Virus record (IMG/VR): IMGVR_UViG_3300037424_000434
Span: 171,766-235,765 of that record
Length of the DNA: 64,000 bases
Strand: one strand, 5' to 3'
Source of the DNA: a virus
Lineage: Duplodnaviria > Caudoviricetes
In this document: piece by piece, positions 46,071 through 55,391 of the stretch
How positions within the stretch are numbered: the first letter of the stretch is position 1
Layout of the letters: every line of letters starts with the position of its first letter
Notes under the pieces: generated by a model
The model's database searches: none
Told to the model about the DNA's origin: nothing
What the model saw: only the letters and a program-made list of their open reading frames with translations
Translations under genes and position numbers: made by a program

Positions 46071-46698
46071 ATGGCTAAGATGGATATCAGCGTCACCCGT
46101 ACCCTAACACTAGGGTTGGGTAATTATGAATCAGCAAAACCCTCGATTACGTTAACAGTCAAAGATGTAGAAGCGGCGGATGTGGCAGATGCATATTTGG
46201 CACTGGATAATGTTATCACGGGATTATTTAAACTTGAAGTGTTAGCAGTGGTAGAGGAACACTCCAAAATAAAGACTTCAGGGTTGAATGCATATTGTTC
46301 AACGGGGGAACAAAACCGAGCTGATATTGGGGCAAAAATAGAAAATTCGTTGGTTGATTTGGGGAAATTTTAATGCTATCATATAAATATTAACATACTA
46401 TGTTGTTAAGGAGATTGTAATGTCAAAATGTGTGAAATGTAATAAGTTTCTTCACCCAGATTTGTGTGTGGTGATTGATGAAGATTCTGGTGCATGTAAG
46501 TGTGTGTTCTGTTATACTGATAAGAAGACCATCACAGTAGAAGACGAAGAGACGGGAAAGATGGAATATCAGTTATCCAAAGAGGATGCGGTAGAGAATT
46601 ACCGTATATATACATTGGATCTCATGAACAGCGAAAAGGTGGCAAAAGTGTTGGCGGGTACAAGTAAACTCCCCCCAAAACAAAAAACACAAAAATAG
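46071..46698 (+). other. Two hypothetical ORFs (46071..46373, 46420..46698), the second after late promoter TATAAATA at 46382
   Basis: RBS GGAG before both. Confidence 0.55.
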
Positions 46699-46719
46699 AA
46701 AGATGAAAGGAGAAATGTT

Positions 46720-47259
46720 ATGTCTGAAGTAGTGGTTGTTTTAAATGCTGACTACTCATTCCTGTCCGTAACCTCATGGAAGAACGCGGTGTGTCTTTTG
46801 ATTGAGGGAAAAGCGGAGGCCTTAAGAGAGACAAAACAAATCGTCCGAAACGCTACCCGAAGTGTTGTAGTCACAGTTCCAACAGTTATAAGGCTAGTAA
46901 AGTTTATTCGTTCGATTTTTAAGTCAAAGGTTCCTTACTCAAAGCGGAATGTGTTTGCGCGTGATAACCAAACATGTGGGTATTGTGGGCGAAAGATCGA
47001 AAATCTAGAGGAATGTACGGTGGATCACGTTATACCGAGAGCACAGGGCGGGAAATCTTCATGGGGAAATTGCGTGACTTCGTGCAAGACATGTAACCAT
47101 GCTAAAGCAGACCGTACACCAACTCAGGCCCATATGAGTTTGAGATTTAAGCCATATCAACCAACTATCAACGAGCATATACAGTATTATACTGAGCGAT
47201 ACGGGATAGATAAGCTTATCCAGCAAATATTCAAGGAGCAATATAATTGTTCTGATTGA
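46720..47259 (+). CDS. HNH endonuclease (McrA-like, host type)
   Basis: VLNADY, RNVFARDNQTCGYCG, TVDHVIPRAQGG..SWGNCVTSCKTCNHAK. Confidence 0.92.
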   Translation: MSEVVVVLNADYSFLSVTSWKNAVCLLIEGKAEALRETKQIVRNATRSVVVTVPTVIRLVKFIRSIFKSKVPYSKRNVFARDNQTCGYCGRKIENLEECTVDHVIPRAQGGKSSWGNCVTSCKTCNHAKADRTPTQAHMSLRFKPYQPTINEHIQYYTERYGIDKLIQQIFKEQYNCSD

Positions 47260-47285
47260 CAAAAGGGGAAAAACCCCCCTTTTGG

Positions 47286-47314
47286 TTTACATTCCATCAG
47301 AAGCGGGATATAAT
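47286..47314 (+). promoter_or_regulatory. sigma70-type promoter
   Basis: TTTACA-N17-TATAAT. Confidence 0.85.
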
Positions 47315-47573
47315 CATATATGGCATGTTTTGTGGAAAGGAATCCTCTAGATGGTGCTAAGTAAATTTGAGACGTTATTGTTGACCAATGTTGGGACAAT
47401 AACAAAAAAGTGGTTATGCTGGTTGTTTGGGCGATTTTTTATACCAACAGAAAAACTACCGAGAAAAATAACACAAGACATACGCATTCTGTTCTTTGAT
47501 AGCGACGAAGAATGTGGGTATTTTGATGATAATCAACTATTAATGCTTGGACTTGATATAGGAGCAATCAACG

Positions 47574-47909
47574 ATGACAGCCGATACTGGAACTATTCTC
47601 CCGGAAATAGACTCTCTCCTCGAAGTGCCGGACGACCAAGAACCGCAAATGATCCCTCCATTTGATGATTGTGTCGATGGGTTATCTACAGAACAGCTAC
47701 AGATGCTCGGAGTTGAGGAATATAGTGAGGAATATAGTGGGGAAACAGTAAACCCCCCCAACGCGTGGATAACCTTGATGAGACGTGGGTTGGTGGACAC
47801 AACGAGTGGATATCTGGTGGATTCTGATATCCTAGACGAGTGGGTGAATATGAATAGACTGATATCTGGCACCGAACATGAGACACAGGAGATACCAGAT
47901 GATAACTGA
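47574..47909 (+). CDS. Acidic hypothetical protein
   Basis: 111 aa ORF. Confidence 0.5.
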   Translation: MTADTGTILPEIDSLLEVPDDQEPQMIPPFDDCVDGLSTEQLQMLGVEEYSEEYSGETVNPPNAWITLMRRGLVDTTSGYLVDSDILDEWVNMNRLISGTEHETQEIPDDN

Positions 47910-48537
47910 TTTGGATGTATATGTAGCCTATAAAACAGCGGAAGCCGCCGCGAAAGGTCGAACCGGTTTTAGGTTACCCAAAGATTGGGATGTATATAAG
48001 ACCGAAAAAATGAACAAGTTTGCATATGATCAGTTATACAAATTAATGGTTCATTTCAATACATCCATGCGCAACGTTGATATGGCAAAATTTATGTCAT
48101 GTGGGTTTGAGATATGGAAAAGTTTCTCTTATCAACACTTTTTTGAGAAACCTGTGTTGAATTTGTATATGCAATACGATAAACAAAAGAAACGTCGAAT
48201 CATGTCCGATACGGCAGAAGTAGATAAAAGCTTCGCCTACATTGCTGACTTTTTGAAAACCAAACCCATTCGAGAAGGATATAATCAGTTACAGAATTTT
48301 TGTAAATTCAGGGACGGTGAGATTAGAACCATCATAAACCTGTATGTACAAGACAAAATTGACACCATTACATTGGTGTATTGTCTGAAGAAAAGATATA
48401 TTGTTCTGTCTGATGATGAGAGAGCGATAACCCCTTATATTTCTCAGAGATATAGGGATTTGTGTGACAACCTTGTGGAGATGCAAGATTACATGGATCA
48501 AAAGGAGAGAGAATTAGATGAGTACAAAGATCAGTGA
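47899..48537 (+). CDS. Possible gp59-like helicase loader
   Basis: Size and position just before gp32 as in T4. Sequence support is weak. Confidence 0.35.
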   Translation: MITDLDVYVAYKTAEAAAKGRTGFRLPKDWDVYKTEKMNKFAYDQLYKLMVHFNTSMRNVDMAKFMSCGFEIWKSFSYQHFFEKPVLNLYMQYDKQKKRRIMSDTAEVDKSFAYIADFLKTKPIREGYNQLQNFCKFRDGEIRTIINLYVQDKIDTITLVYCLKKRYIVLSDDERAITPYISQRYRDLCDNLVEMQDYMDQKERELDEYKDQ

Positions 48538-48805
48538 TACCCCATATCTAGAAACCCCCGTACCTCAGAAGACAACCAAAGAGCAAATGATTTATGGTGC
48601 AGGGGAAACGTTACAAGAAAAAGAACAAGAATCAAGGGAAAAGAAGAAAAGAATGCTCAATGAGTGAAGAAAAACCATAAATAGTAGTACACCGTTGGTT
48701 TACAAAAGAGTTTGATTACAGTATACTTCAGTACATACAATTCAGGGTTGACCTGAAAATAAAACAAACAGTAACTTCAGTAAAGACAGTTACGCAGGAG
48801 ACAGA

Positions 48806-49774
48806 ATGAGTAAGTGGTTAAGAAAAGACGATTATGACATGTTCGCTGGCAATAAAGCAAAAGAAAAAGAAAAAGCTTCAAGTGATACGGTAGGCGGTTT
48901 TTACAAGAAATGGAAAAACCCCCAGATGGGAACTCAAGAAAAGGCTAAAGAGTATAAAATTCGCCTCCTTCCCGATCCCCAAAAAGGCTACTACAAAAGT
49001 TACCTTTACCACGGGTTTATGAGCGGAGAATCTTTCCACTATTTTTTGTGCGAAAAAACATTTGATATGGATTCGTATTGTCCCTTTTGTGATGCGACAA
49101 AAATTTTATATCAAGGAAGTGATTCCGATAAGCGCAAAGCAGGAGAGTACAAGCGCAAAGAGCGTTTCGTCACAAATGCATACATTGTGGACGATCCACG
49201 TGACGTGGAAACCAAAGACGAGCAATACAAGGTGAGCGGTACTGTTCGCTTGTATGAGTTCCCCGGCACGGTTGAGTCAAAAATTTCCAACGAAATTACT
49301 GACAAAGAGCAAGGTTATGGTATTGGTATTTTCGATCCAGAAAAAGGATACGACTTTATCCTAAAAATTAAAGCAAAGCCAAAGGACAAAAATGGAAAAG
49401 AGTGGCCGGATTATGGCGATTCCATGTTTGCCCGCCAACCGAGTCCAATCAATTCAGACGATGCGGTGGTTGATAAAGTGATGAACGAAAGGGTTGATCT
49501 CGAAGAGTACATCAAGTCTTTGCGTAAAAACCCGGAAGAGATGGAAAAACTTCTGAAAGCAGAAATGCTTTGGGATGATGTTGGTCACACTTTCGAGAAA
49601 CGGGTTAAGGGTGCCATGTCAACACAAGCGCCGGTTGTAGAAACAACGGCAGCTACTCAATCACGGGAGACACGGGAAGCGGCCCCATCGGCCCCTGCCC
49701 CACAGGCACCTGTTATTGCGGTTGAAACCGATGATGACACTGATGCACTGTTAGCAGAATTAAGCGACATGTGA
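48806..49774 (+). CDS. gp32: gp32-like single-stranded DNA-binding protein
   Basis: IRLLP, CPFC, YKRKERFVTNAYIVDDP, FDPEKGYDFILKIK, WPDYGDSMF, acidic DDDTDALLAEL tail. Confidence 0.9.
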   Translation: MSKWLRKDDYDMFAGNKAKEKEKASSDTVGGFYKKWKNPQMGTQEKAKEYKIRLLPDPQKGYYKSYLYHGFMSGESFHYFLCEKTFDMDSYCPFCDATKILYQGSDSDKRKAGEYKRKERFVTNAYIVDDPRDVETKDEQYKVSGTVRLYEFPGTVESKISNEITDKEQGYGIGIFDPEKGYDFILKIKAKPKDKNGKEWPDYGDSMFARQPSPINSDDAVVDKVMNERVDLEEYIKSLRKNPEEMEKLLKAEMLWDDVGHTFEKRVKGAMSTQAPVVETTAATQSRETREAAPSAPAPQAPVIAVETDDDTDALLAELSDM

Positions 49775-49795
49775 AAATATTCAGCATTAAGTAAT

Positions 49796-49836
49796 GAAAA
49801 GGGTTCTTTGGTATAAATACTGAAGAACCCTTTTTT
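49796..49836 (+). terminator. gp32 terminator hairpin with late promoter TATAAATA (49812-49819) in its loop
   Basis: AAAAGGGTTCTT...AAGAACCCTTTT. Confidence 0.85.
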
Positions 49837-49850
49837 CCCTTGGAGCTATC

Positions 49851-50378
49851 ATGAAATATCATACATATTTAAACGAAATATCTAATACGGTGGCATATTG
49901 GATATCACCAACAGGCAAAGCAATCAACGTTGGCACCAATCATGTTACCGCTATTATAAAAAACCCCAAAACTTTTGGGATGACATCTGACCATGTTAAA
50001 GCAATATTTGACAAATTTAACGAACCAATTGGGCAAGAAGGGAAAGCCCGAGAAGAACTAATATTGGAATTGGTTAATAAGGGATGGATAAGAATACGGA
50101 GATATAGAAACGAGGGGTATTCTGTAACGATTGGCTCGATGACAAAAAAAGTCAAAGATATTCTTTTTTCGTGGGCTGATACAATGCTAAATACAGGTGT
50201 GAATGGTAACAAAGAAACCGACAAATATATACCTGTTAAGATAATTGGATTTAAAGATCATTATACACGTAACCTAACAATATTTGATTTGGCCAATGAT
50301 GCCTTATATGAGGGAAAGGAGTTTTTTGACATAAAAAACAAAATAGTGGAGAATTGTGATGAAGATTTTGAGATGTAA
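49851..50378 (+). CDS. Hypothetical protein
   Basis: 175 aa, YWISPTG..H motif. Confidence 0.6.
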   Translation: MKYHTYLNEISNTVAYWISPTGKAINVGTNHVTAIIKNPKTFGMTSDHVKAIFDKFNEPIGQEGKAREELILELVNKGWIRIRRYRNEGYSVTIGSMTKKVKDILFSWADTMLNTGVNGNKETDKYIPVKIIGFKDHYTRNLTIFDLANDALYEGKEFFDIKNKIVENCDEDFEM

Positions 50379-50380
50379 TA

Positions 50381-50908
50381 ATGGGTAAGGGTGGAGATTG
50401 GGAAAGAGAGATTTCTAAAACTCTTACCACGTGGCTAACAGGAGCACCCAAACCATATGTGTGGTGGAGGATGCCGAGCAGTGGTGCTATGGCAACCATA
50501 TCCGAAGAAAATAAAGAATTGTCAGGTGATATAATGCCACTTCGACCAGAAGGAGCCTTTTTGACGGATAAGTATAGTATAGAAGCCAAGGTTGGGTATC
50601 CTAATTCATCCTTTCACAAACATTTAAAAGGGGTCAAAAATGACGAAATCAAAGATTTTTGGGAACAATGTTGTCGGGACGCTATCAAAGCATCAAAAAA
50701 ACCCCTGCTGATATACAAAAAACTGAGGTGTAATGCTTTGATAGGGATTGAGATGGGGGACTTCAGGGATCAACTTTTGGGGTTACCTCGGGTATGTATG
50801 CGGTTCTCGGAGGAACAGACCAATGAAGTTGATCTACCAGAGGTCGCGTTTTATGATATGACAGCTTTCTTGGAAGCGATTAAACCGGACGACATAAGGA
50901 ATATTTAA
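50381..50908 (+). CDS. Holliday-junction-resolvase-like PD-(D/E)XK nuclease
   Basis: KGGDWEREISKTL, GDIM, SIEAKVGY. Confidence 0.75.
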   Translation: MGKGGDWEREISKTLTTWLTGAPKPYVWWRMPSSGAMATISEENKELSGDIMPLRPEGAFLTDKYSIEAKVGYPNSSFHKHLKGVKNDEIKDFWEQCCRDAIKASKKPLLIYKKLRCNALIGIEMGDFRDQLLGLPRVCMRFSEEQTNEVDLPEVAFYDMTAFLEAIKPDDIRNI

Positions 50909-51611
50909 TGAACTTGAGCCTCACCAAAGATCAATTTCTTGAGTTGATCGCGGTCTATATAATAGAGGAAGCCAAAAATAGAGGAAAAGAACTCTTATTA
51001 ACCGACACACAGGATTTAGATGAATACGAACGGTTGTTGGTGCATATTTCAAAATTTCCGATGGAAAGTTCATTAAAAATGGCTAAACATAATATTGAAC
51101 CTAAAATCAAAGTGCAGGGGAAAAGACTGATGGGTAGCCTAAATAAGGCAGATGATGTGAGGATAATAATAGGATGAGTCAAATAACTCTTACACCAGAC
51201 GAAATGCCCGATTTTGTTGTTGCATTTTTGATGGATAATTTCAAAAACGAGGAACTTAGAGAATTAAACCCTCTATGGAAAAAATTTATTGAAACCCTTG
51301 AAGCAAAGGGTGTTGAATCACAAACAATGATCTACTATTTACATATGGACGCGGAAACCCGCCTGAAGTATAAGATGATTGCTGATGTATTTAGTGGCAA
51401 ATCTAGTAGTGCAAAAATCAATATTACAAAAAATATAGCAAAAACAACTGAACGCAAAATTAAATATGGAAATATAAAAAACATCATAAAAAAGGTGTTT
51501 AAGATTGTCAAAGAAGAAAGATACAGAACATCTATGCCCATAACAGAGATGAAAATGGATAAAATCATTAAATATGTTATGGATCAAGAAAAAACGGAGG
51601 AAGACGAATAA
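50908..51611 (+). other. Two hypothetical ORFs (50908..51177, 51174..51611)
   Basis: Translationally coupled. Confidence 0.55.
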
Positions 51612-52120
51612 TGGGTGAATTTAATGGCACACCAGAAATAAACAGAAGAATGAATTTTTCTAGTGATTCTGGACCAAAAAATGTGGCAGCAGATACGACA
51701 GCAACAGATACGACAGCAACAGATACGACAGCAACAGATACGACAGCAACGGTAACCCCCGGTGCAGAAGCAGCAGCAGCACAAGGAACACAGACTAGCC
51801 AAGAAACATCGGCAGCAGCAGAAACAGGAGCATCCACAGAAACCCCTACTGAGACCACCGAAGAGCCAAAAAAACAGTATTCAACTGATGTCGAGGGTGT
51901 ATCATGTGATGATGAAGTAAAGGTTGGTACTGATAAATTCCCTTGTTTTGATGTCTCTCATTCAGAGTTTTATCAAAACATGCAAGATGGTAGACGTAGG
52001 TTACGTTTCAATCAAGGCAGTAATTGTCAGAAGTATATGGCCGGAACTAGATACAATCGAGCGTTTTATATTAGACACACGGATGCGCAAGGAAAAACCT
52101 TTGTGCGCCGAGTAAAGTAG
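51611..52120 (+). CDS. Hypothetical protein with DTTAT repeats
   Basis: 169 aa, low-complexity N half. Confidence 0.6.
   Translation: MGEFNGTPEINRRMNFSSDSGPKNVAADTTATDTTATDTTATDTTATVTPGAEAAAAQGTQTSQETSAAAETGASTETPTETTEEPKKQYSTDVEGVSCDDEVKVGTDKFPCFDVSHSEFYQNMQDGRRRLRFNQGSNCQKYMAGTRYNRAFYIRHTDAQGKTFVRRVK
51692..51751 (+). repeat. 15-bp tandem repeat GATACGACAGCAACA x4
   Basis: Read directly. Confidence 0.97.
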
Positions 52121-52179
52121 GTTTACAGATCAACACAAATATGCCATAATACCTTTACTAACCTAAAGGAGAAAGGACA

Positions 52180-53067
52180 TTGGTAACTATTTGTTTCGAT
52201 ATGAATAATCTGGTGATGCGTAATCTGTTTGGACAGGACGTGATTACATATGACCCCCAAGACAAATCTCAGATCTTGGATATTAACTATGAGCTGGTGA
52301 AGTTTCGTGTGTTCGACTCCATTTATCGTTCACTGTTCAAGGTAAATGGAGTTCGCGAAGTTGTATTAGCCGTGGATGACAAAAATTCATGGCGTAAGCT
52401 TTATTGGTCAAGATATAAATCCCATCGCAAAGACAATCGTGAGAAGATTATGTTGGATTGGAACGAGTTCTATCGGGTTTTCGAGGAAATCATGACAGAA
52501 CTCAAAGAGAATTTCCCATTCAAAGTAATCAAAATTGCTAATTGTGAAGCAGATGATATTATTGGAGTTTTGGTGCTGGAAAAACCACAAGACTTTTATC
52601 TCATCTCAACAGACAAAGACTTTTTGCAGTTATCGTCACCTAGATGTAAGATCTACAACCCCCTAAAAAAGGTTCTGGTTGATCATCCAAATCCAGAGTT
52701 GTTTTTGGTTGAACAAAGTTTATGTGGACAAGCCAAGGATAACATCTATAATATCAAAACACCAACAGATTGGCCAGAAGACAAACGTAAGCCGGGGTTT
52801 GGTGAAAAAGCTTGGGAAAAGGTATTGGCGTATGGTGTTGATAAATGGTTAGAAGAAAATAATTTACGTCAACGATATGAAGAGAATCGTAATCTCATGG
52901 ATTTTGCTAGAATACCGGCAGAGATAAAGCGCCGAGTATTGCGGGATTATGATGGTTATGTTAAACCAAACCCGGAAAAAATATATGATTTTTTTAAAAC
53001 AAACCCGTGGCCGGAATATGTGGAAAATTTTACCAACGTGGAAAACACAATAATGCAGCTTTATTGA
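52180..53067 (+). CDS. rnh: T4 RNase H / 5'-3' exonuclease (FEN family)
   Basis: WRKLYWSRYKSHR, EADDIIG, STDKDFLQL, GQAKDNIYNI. Confidence 0.9.
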   Translation: MVTICFDMNNLVMRNLFGQDVITYDPQDKSQILDINYELVKFRVFDSIYRSLFKVNGVREVVLAVDDKNSWRKLYWSRYKSHRKDNREKIMLDWNEFYRVFEEIMTELKENFPFKVIKIANCEADDIIGVLVLEKPQDFYLISTDKDFLQLSSPRCKIYNPLKKVLVDHPNPELFLVEQSLCGQAKDNIYNIKTPTDWPEDKRKPGFGEKAWEKVLAYGVDKWLEENNLRQRYEENRNLMDFARIPAEIKRRVLRDYDGYVKPNPEKIYDFFKTNPWPEYVENFTNVENTIMQLY

Positions 53068-53096
53068 TTTACATTGGTGTTTAGGTGAGGTATGAT
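53068..53096 (+). promoter_or_regulatory. sigma70-type promoter
   Basis: TTTACA-N17-TATGAT. Confidence 0.75.
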
Positions 53097-53140
53097 GAAA
53101 CCCTAAGCAAAAAAAGAAAACCCCCCTTTTAACCCTAGCA

Positions 53141-53359
53141 ATGGAGTACGACATGACAAAGTATGAAGGTGTGTATAAAGTAACAAACCCAGATTGGAAC
53201 CAATCCCTACCCGAGCTCTTTGATACGTTCGAAAAGGCACTGAGAGCTCAACAGGGCTGGGATGTGAAAGCATCAATCGAACAATTAAATGGTGTAGTCG
53301 CAGAAGTAGTCTGGACGCCGGATTATGAGGATTATGTGAGCGAAGGATTATTCTTCTAA
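53141..53359 (+). CDS. Hypothetical protein
   Basis: 72 aa ORF. Confidence 0.5.
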   Translation: MEYDMTKYEGVYKVTNPDWNQSLPELFDTFEKALRAQQGWDVKASIEQLNGVVAEVVWTPDYEDYVSEGLFF

Positions 53360-53454
53360 ATACCTCTACCCATAATTAATTTACTGTGGGGGTTAGAAAT
53401 AGCCCCCACGTTTGTATCACAGCAAGACTAAATATGTTAGTATAGGAGATATAT

Positions 53455-54952
53455 GTGAAAGACAAAATTATGACAATAATAACCGAGTATGCAGAAAGAA
53501 CAGCGTTTGCGGATGATCAAGCAAAAGACGATTACATTAACATGGTAGAAAAATGGTGTAACATCATTTCAGACGCTGCTGGTAAAGTATCAGTGGGGGT
53601 GGTGTATACCGATAAATACAATGGCGGTGCCGACAACGAACCACTGAGATACGCTTATAATGGTGACTCGGGTTTCGATCTTAGGGCAGAAACAAATGAT
53701 GCCGGGGGATATGAGATTGCTCCAAAAGGGACAGTTGTTATCCCGGTTGGCATCAAAGTGGCGGTCCCGAAAGGCACCGAGCTTCAGGTTAGAACACGCT
53801 CAGGATCTCCCGTCAAAAAGGGATTTTTTGTAGCAAACTCTCCGGGAACGGTAAACTAAAATCCCAAAAAATCAATCGTTCCTATTTATTTTTATAAATA
53901 CTTGTAGAATGAATGGGGGGATTGATATGATAGCAAAATGTTTAATATGTAATAAAGAATTGGATGTATGGCCTAGTAGGGCAAAGAAATTCAAAACCTG
54001 TAGCATGAAATGTCTTGCCGAGTATTTTAAAGACGATAATAATACTATATGTAAGACTTGTGGTAAAGAATTTCATTTAAAACCTTATAGGAAAAAAAGA
54101 TCACAGGATAATTTTTGTTCTGTGGGGTGTTTTGCCAGTTGGAAAAGTGAAAGCCAACGAGGATGCAATAACCCCAATTTTAGAAACAGACTATATGGTG
54201 GAGATGGTATGAAGATTTTACATATACCGTCAATAGGTAGTGTTAAAGAACACCGATTTGTTGCTGAATCAATATTAGGTGAGATACCAAAAGGACTTAA
54301 TGTTCATCATAGAGACTGCAATCCTATAAACAATGTTCCCGAAAATCTAGTAGTGCTGTGTCCTAAAGACCATAGGTGGATACATAAACAATTCGGAAAT
54401 GCTACATTATACGCATATTATTACAACAAGATAGATAAAGAATCATTGATATCTTGGTCTAACGATAAAGATAGAGCAGAAAGATTGTTAGACTTGAACA
54501 TTTTGAATCAAAAACTGCCGTTATAAAATTGGGTGAATTCAGGGGAAGTCCAGAAGTGGATAATCCTGAGCCAAGCCCCACGAATTAACAGATTAGTAGT
54601 GGGGAAGGTGCAACGCATAGAAGGTGAGGATGTTATACCAATAACCCTTCCACGAGCGCCCGACAATAGAAATATTGAAGATGTATGCTGGACATGCACA
54701 TATAACTTGACAATGAAAGTGCAGAACTATGGGATAAAAAGCCCGTAGGATAACAAACGAGATAGTGGGTATAGGGGAGTTGTTGGTGTTATTTGTCATA
54801 ATCTATCAGACGAACTTGTCACCATAGAGTGTGGCGAAAGAATTGCCCAAGGTGTTATTTGTCCGGTGTATCAAGCTGTTTTTACACAGGTAGAAGATCT
54901 TGGTGTTACAGAAAGGGGCGATGGTGCCTATAATTCCACGGGAGTACAATGA
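53455..54952 (+). CDS. dut: dUTPase interrupted by a group I intron (exon 1 53455-53852, exon 2 54760-54952)
   Basis: DSGFDL, RTRSG, NSPGT(V) joined to DSGYRG...GERIAQGVI...RGDGAYNSTG. The join GT|A restores motif III. Confidence 0.92.
53853..54759 (+). mobile_element. Group I intron
   Basis: Exon ends in U and intron ends in G. P1 AACGGU/GCCGUU (54517-54522) has U.G at the junction. P3 TTGGGTG/CGCCCGA, P/Q GAATTCAGGGGAA and AATCCTGAGCCAAGC, P7 GCATA/TATGC. Confidence 0.9.
53927..54526 (+). CDS. Intron-encoded HNH homing endonuclease
   Basis: CxxC repeats, EHRFVAE, VHHRDCNPINNVPENL; late promoter TATAAATA at 53893. Confidence 0.88.
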   Translation: MIAKCLICNKELDVWPSRAKKFKTCSMKCLAEYFKDDNNTICKTCGKEFHLKPYRKKRSQDNFCSVGCFASWKSESQRGCNNPNFRNRLYGGDGMKILHIPSIGSVKEHRFVAESILGEIPKGLNVHHRDCNPINNVPENLVVLCPKDHRWIHKQFGNATLYAYYYNKIDKESLISWSNDKDRAERLLDLNILNQKLPL

Positions 54953-55317
54953 TGATTAGACCAGACGGTAAAAAAATTCAGGAAGTCAAAGACCATTTCA
55001 ATCTTCTTTGTGAACAAGAAATCATCCACATGACGGCCAAAGTCAGAGAAGTGGAAGAAGATCCAGAAAGAGAGCTGAAGGAAGACGAGATTAATAGTGT
55101 TCGACATAAACACCAATCTCTAGAAAAAAGACATCTAGACACTATTCTAGCTCTTGGGCCAGAGAAACTTTACAAATCCGGCTTTGGGTTCAACACTGTT
55201 GGGGGTGAAGGTTGGAGAGCGGGGTACACTAAACCACTACTAAGTAAAAGGACGGCAAAACGCCGTACACTCAAAAAACTCGCAAAAAAAGTTCGTCAGC
55301 AGCAGAGAAAAAAATAA
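54949..55317 (+). CDS. Hypothetical protein
   Basis: 122 aa, basic C-terminus. Confidence 0.55.
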   Translation: MMIRPDGKKIQEVKDHFNLLCEQEIIHMTAKVREVEEDPERELKEDEINSVRHKHQSLEKRHLDTILALGPEKLYKSGFGFNTVGGEGWRAGYTKPLLSKRTAKRRTLKKLAKKVRQQQRKK

Positions 55318-55348
55318 AATAAAATTAAATACAATTAAATAAAATGAA

Positions 55349-55380
55349 GTGCCACCCTCTCTGGGGGGGTGGTATTTTTA
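55349..55380 (+). terminator. Terminator-like hairpin before RNR
   Basis: GCCACCC...GGGTGGT-ATTTTT. Confidence 0.6.
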
Positions 55381-55391
55381 TCGGAGAAAGT

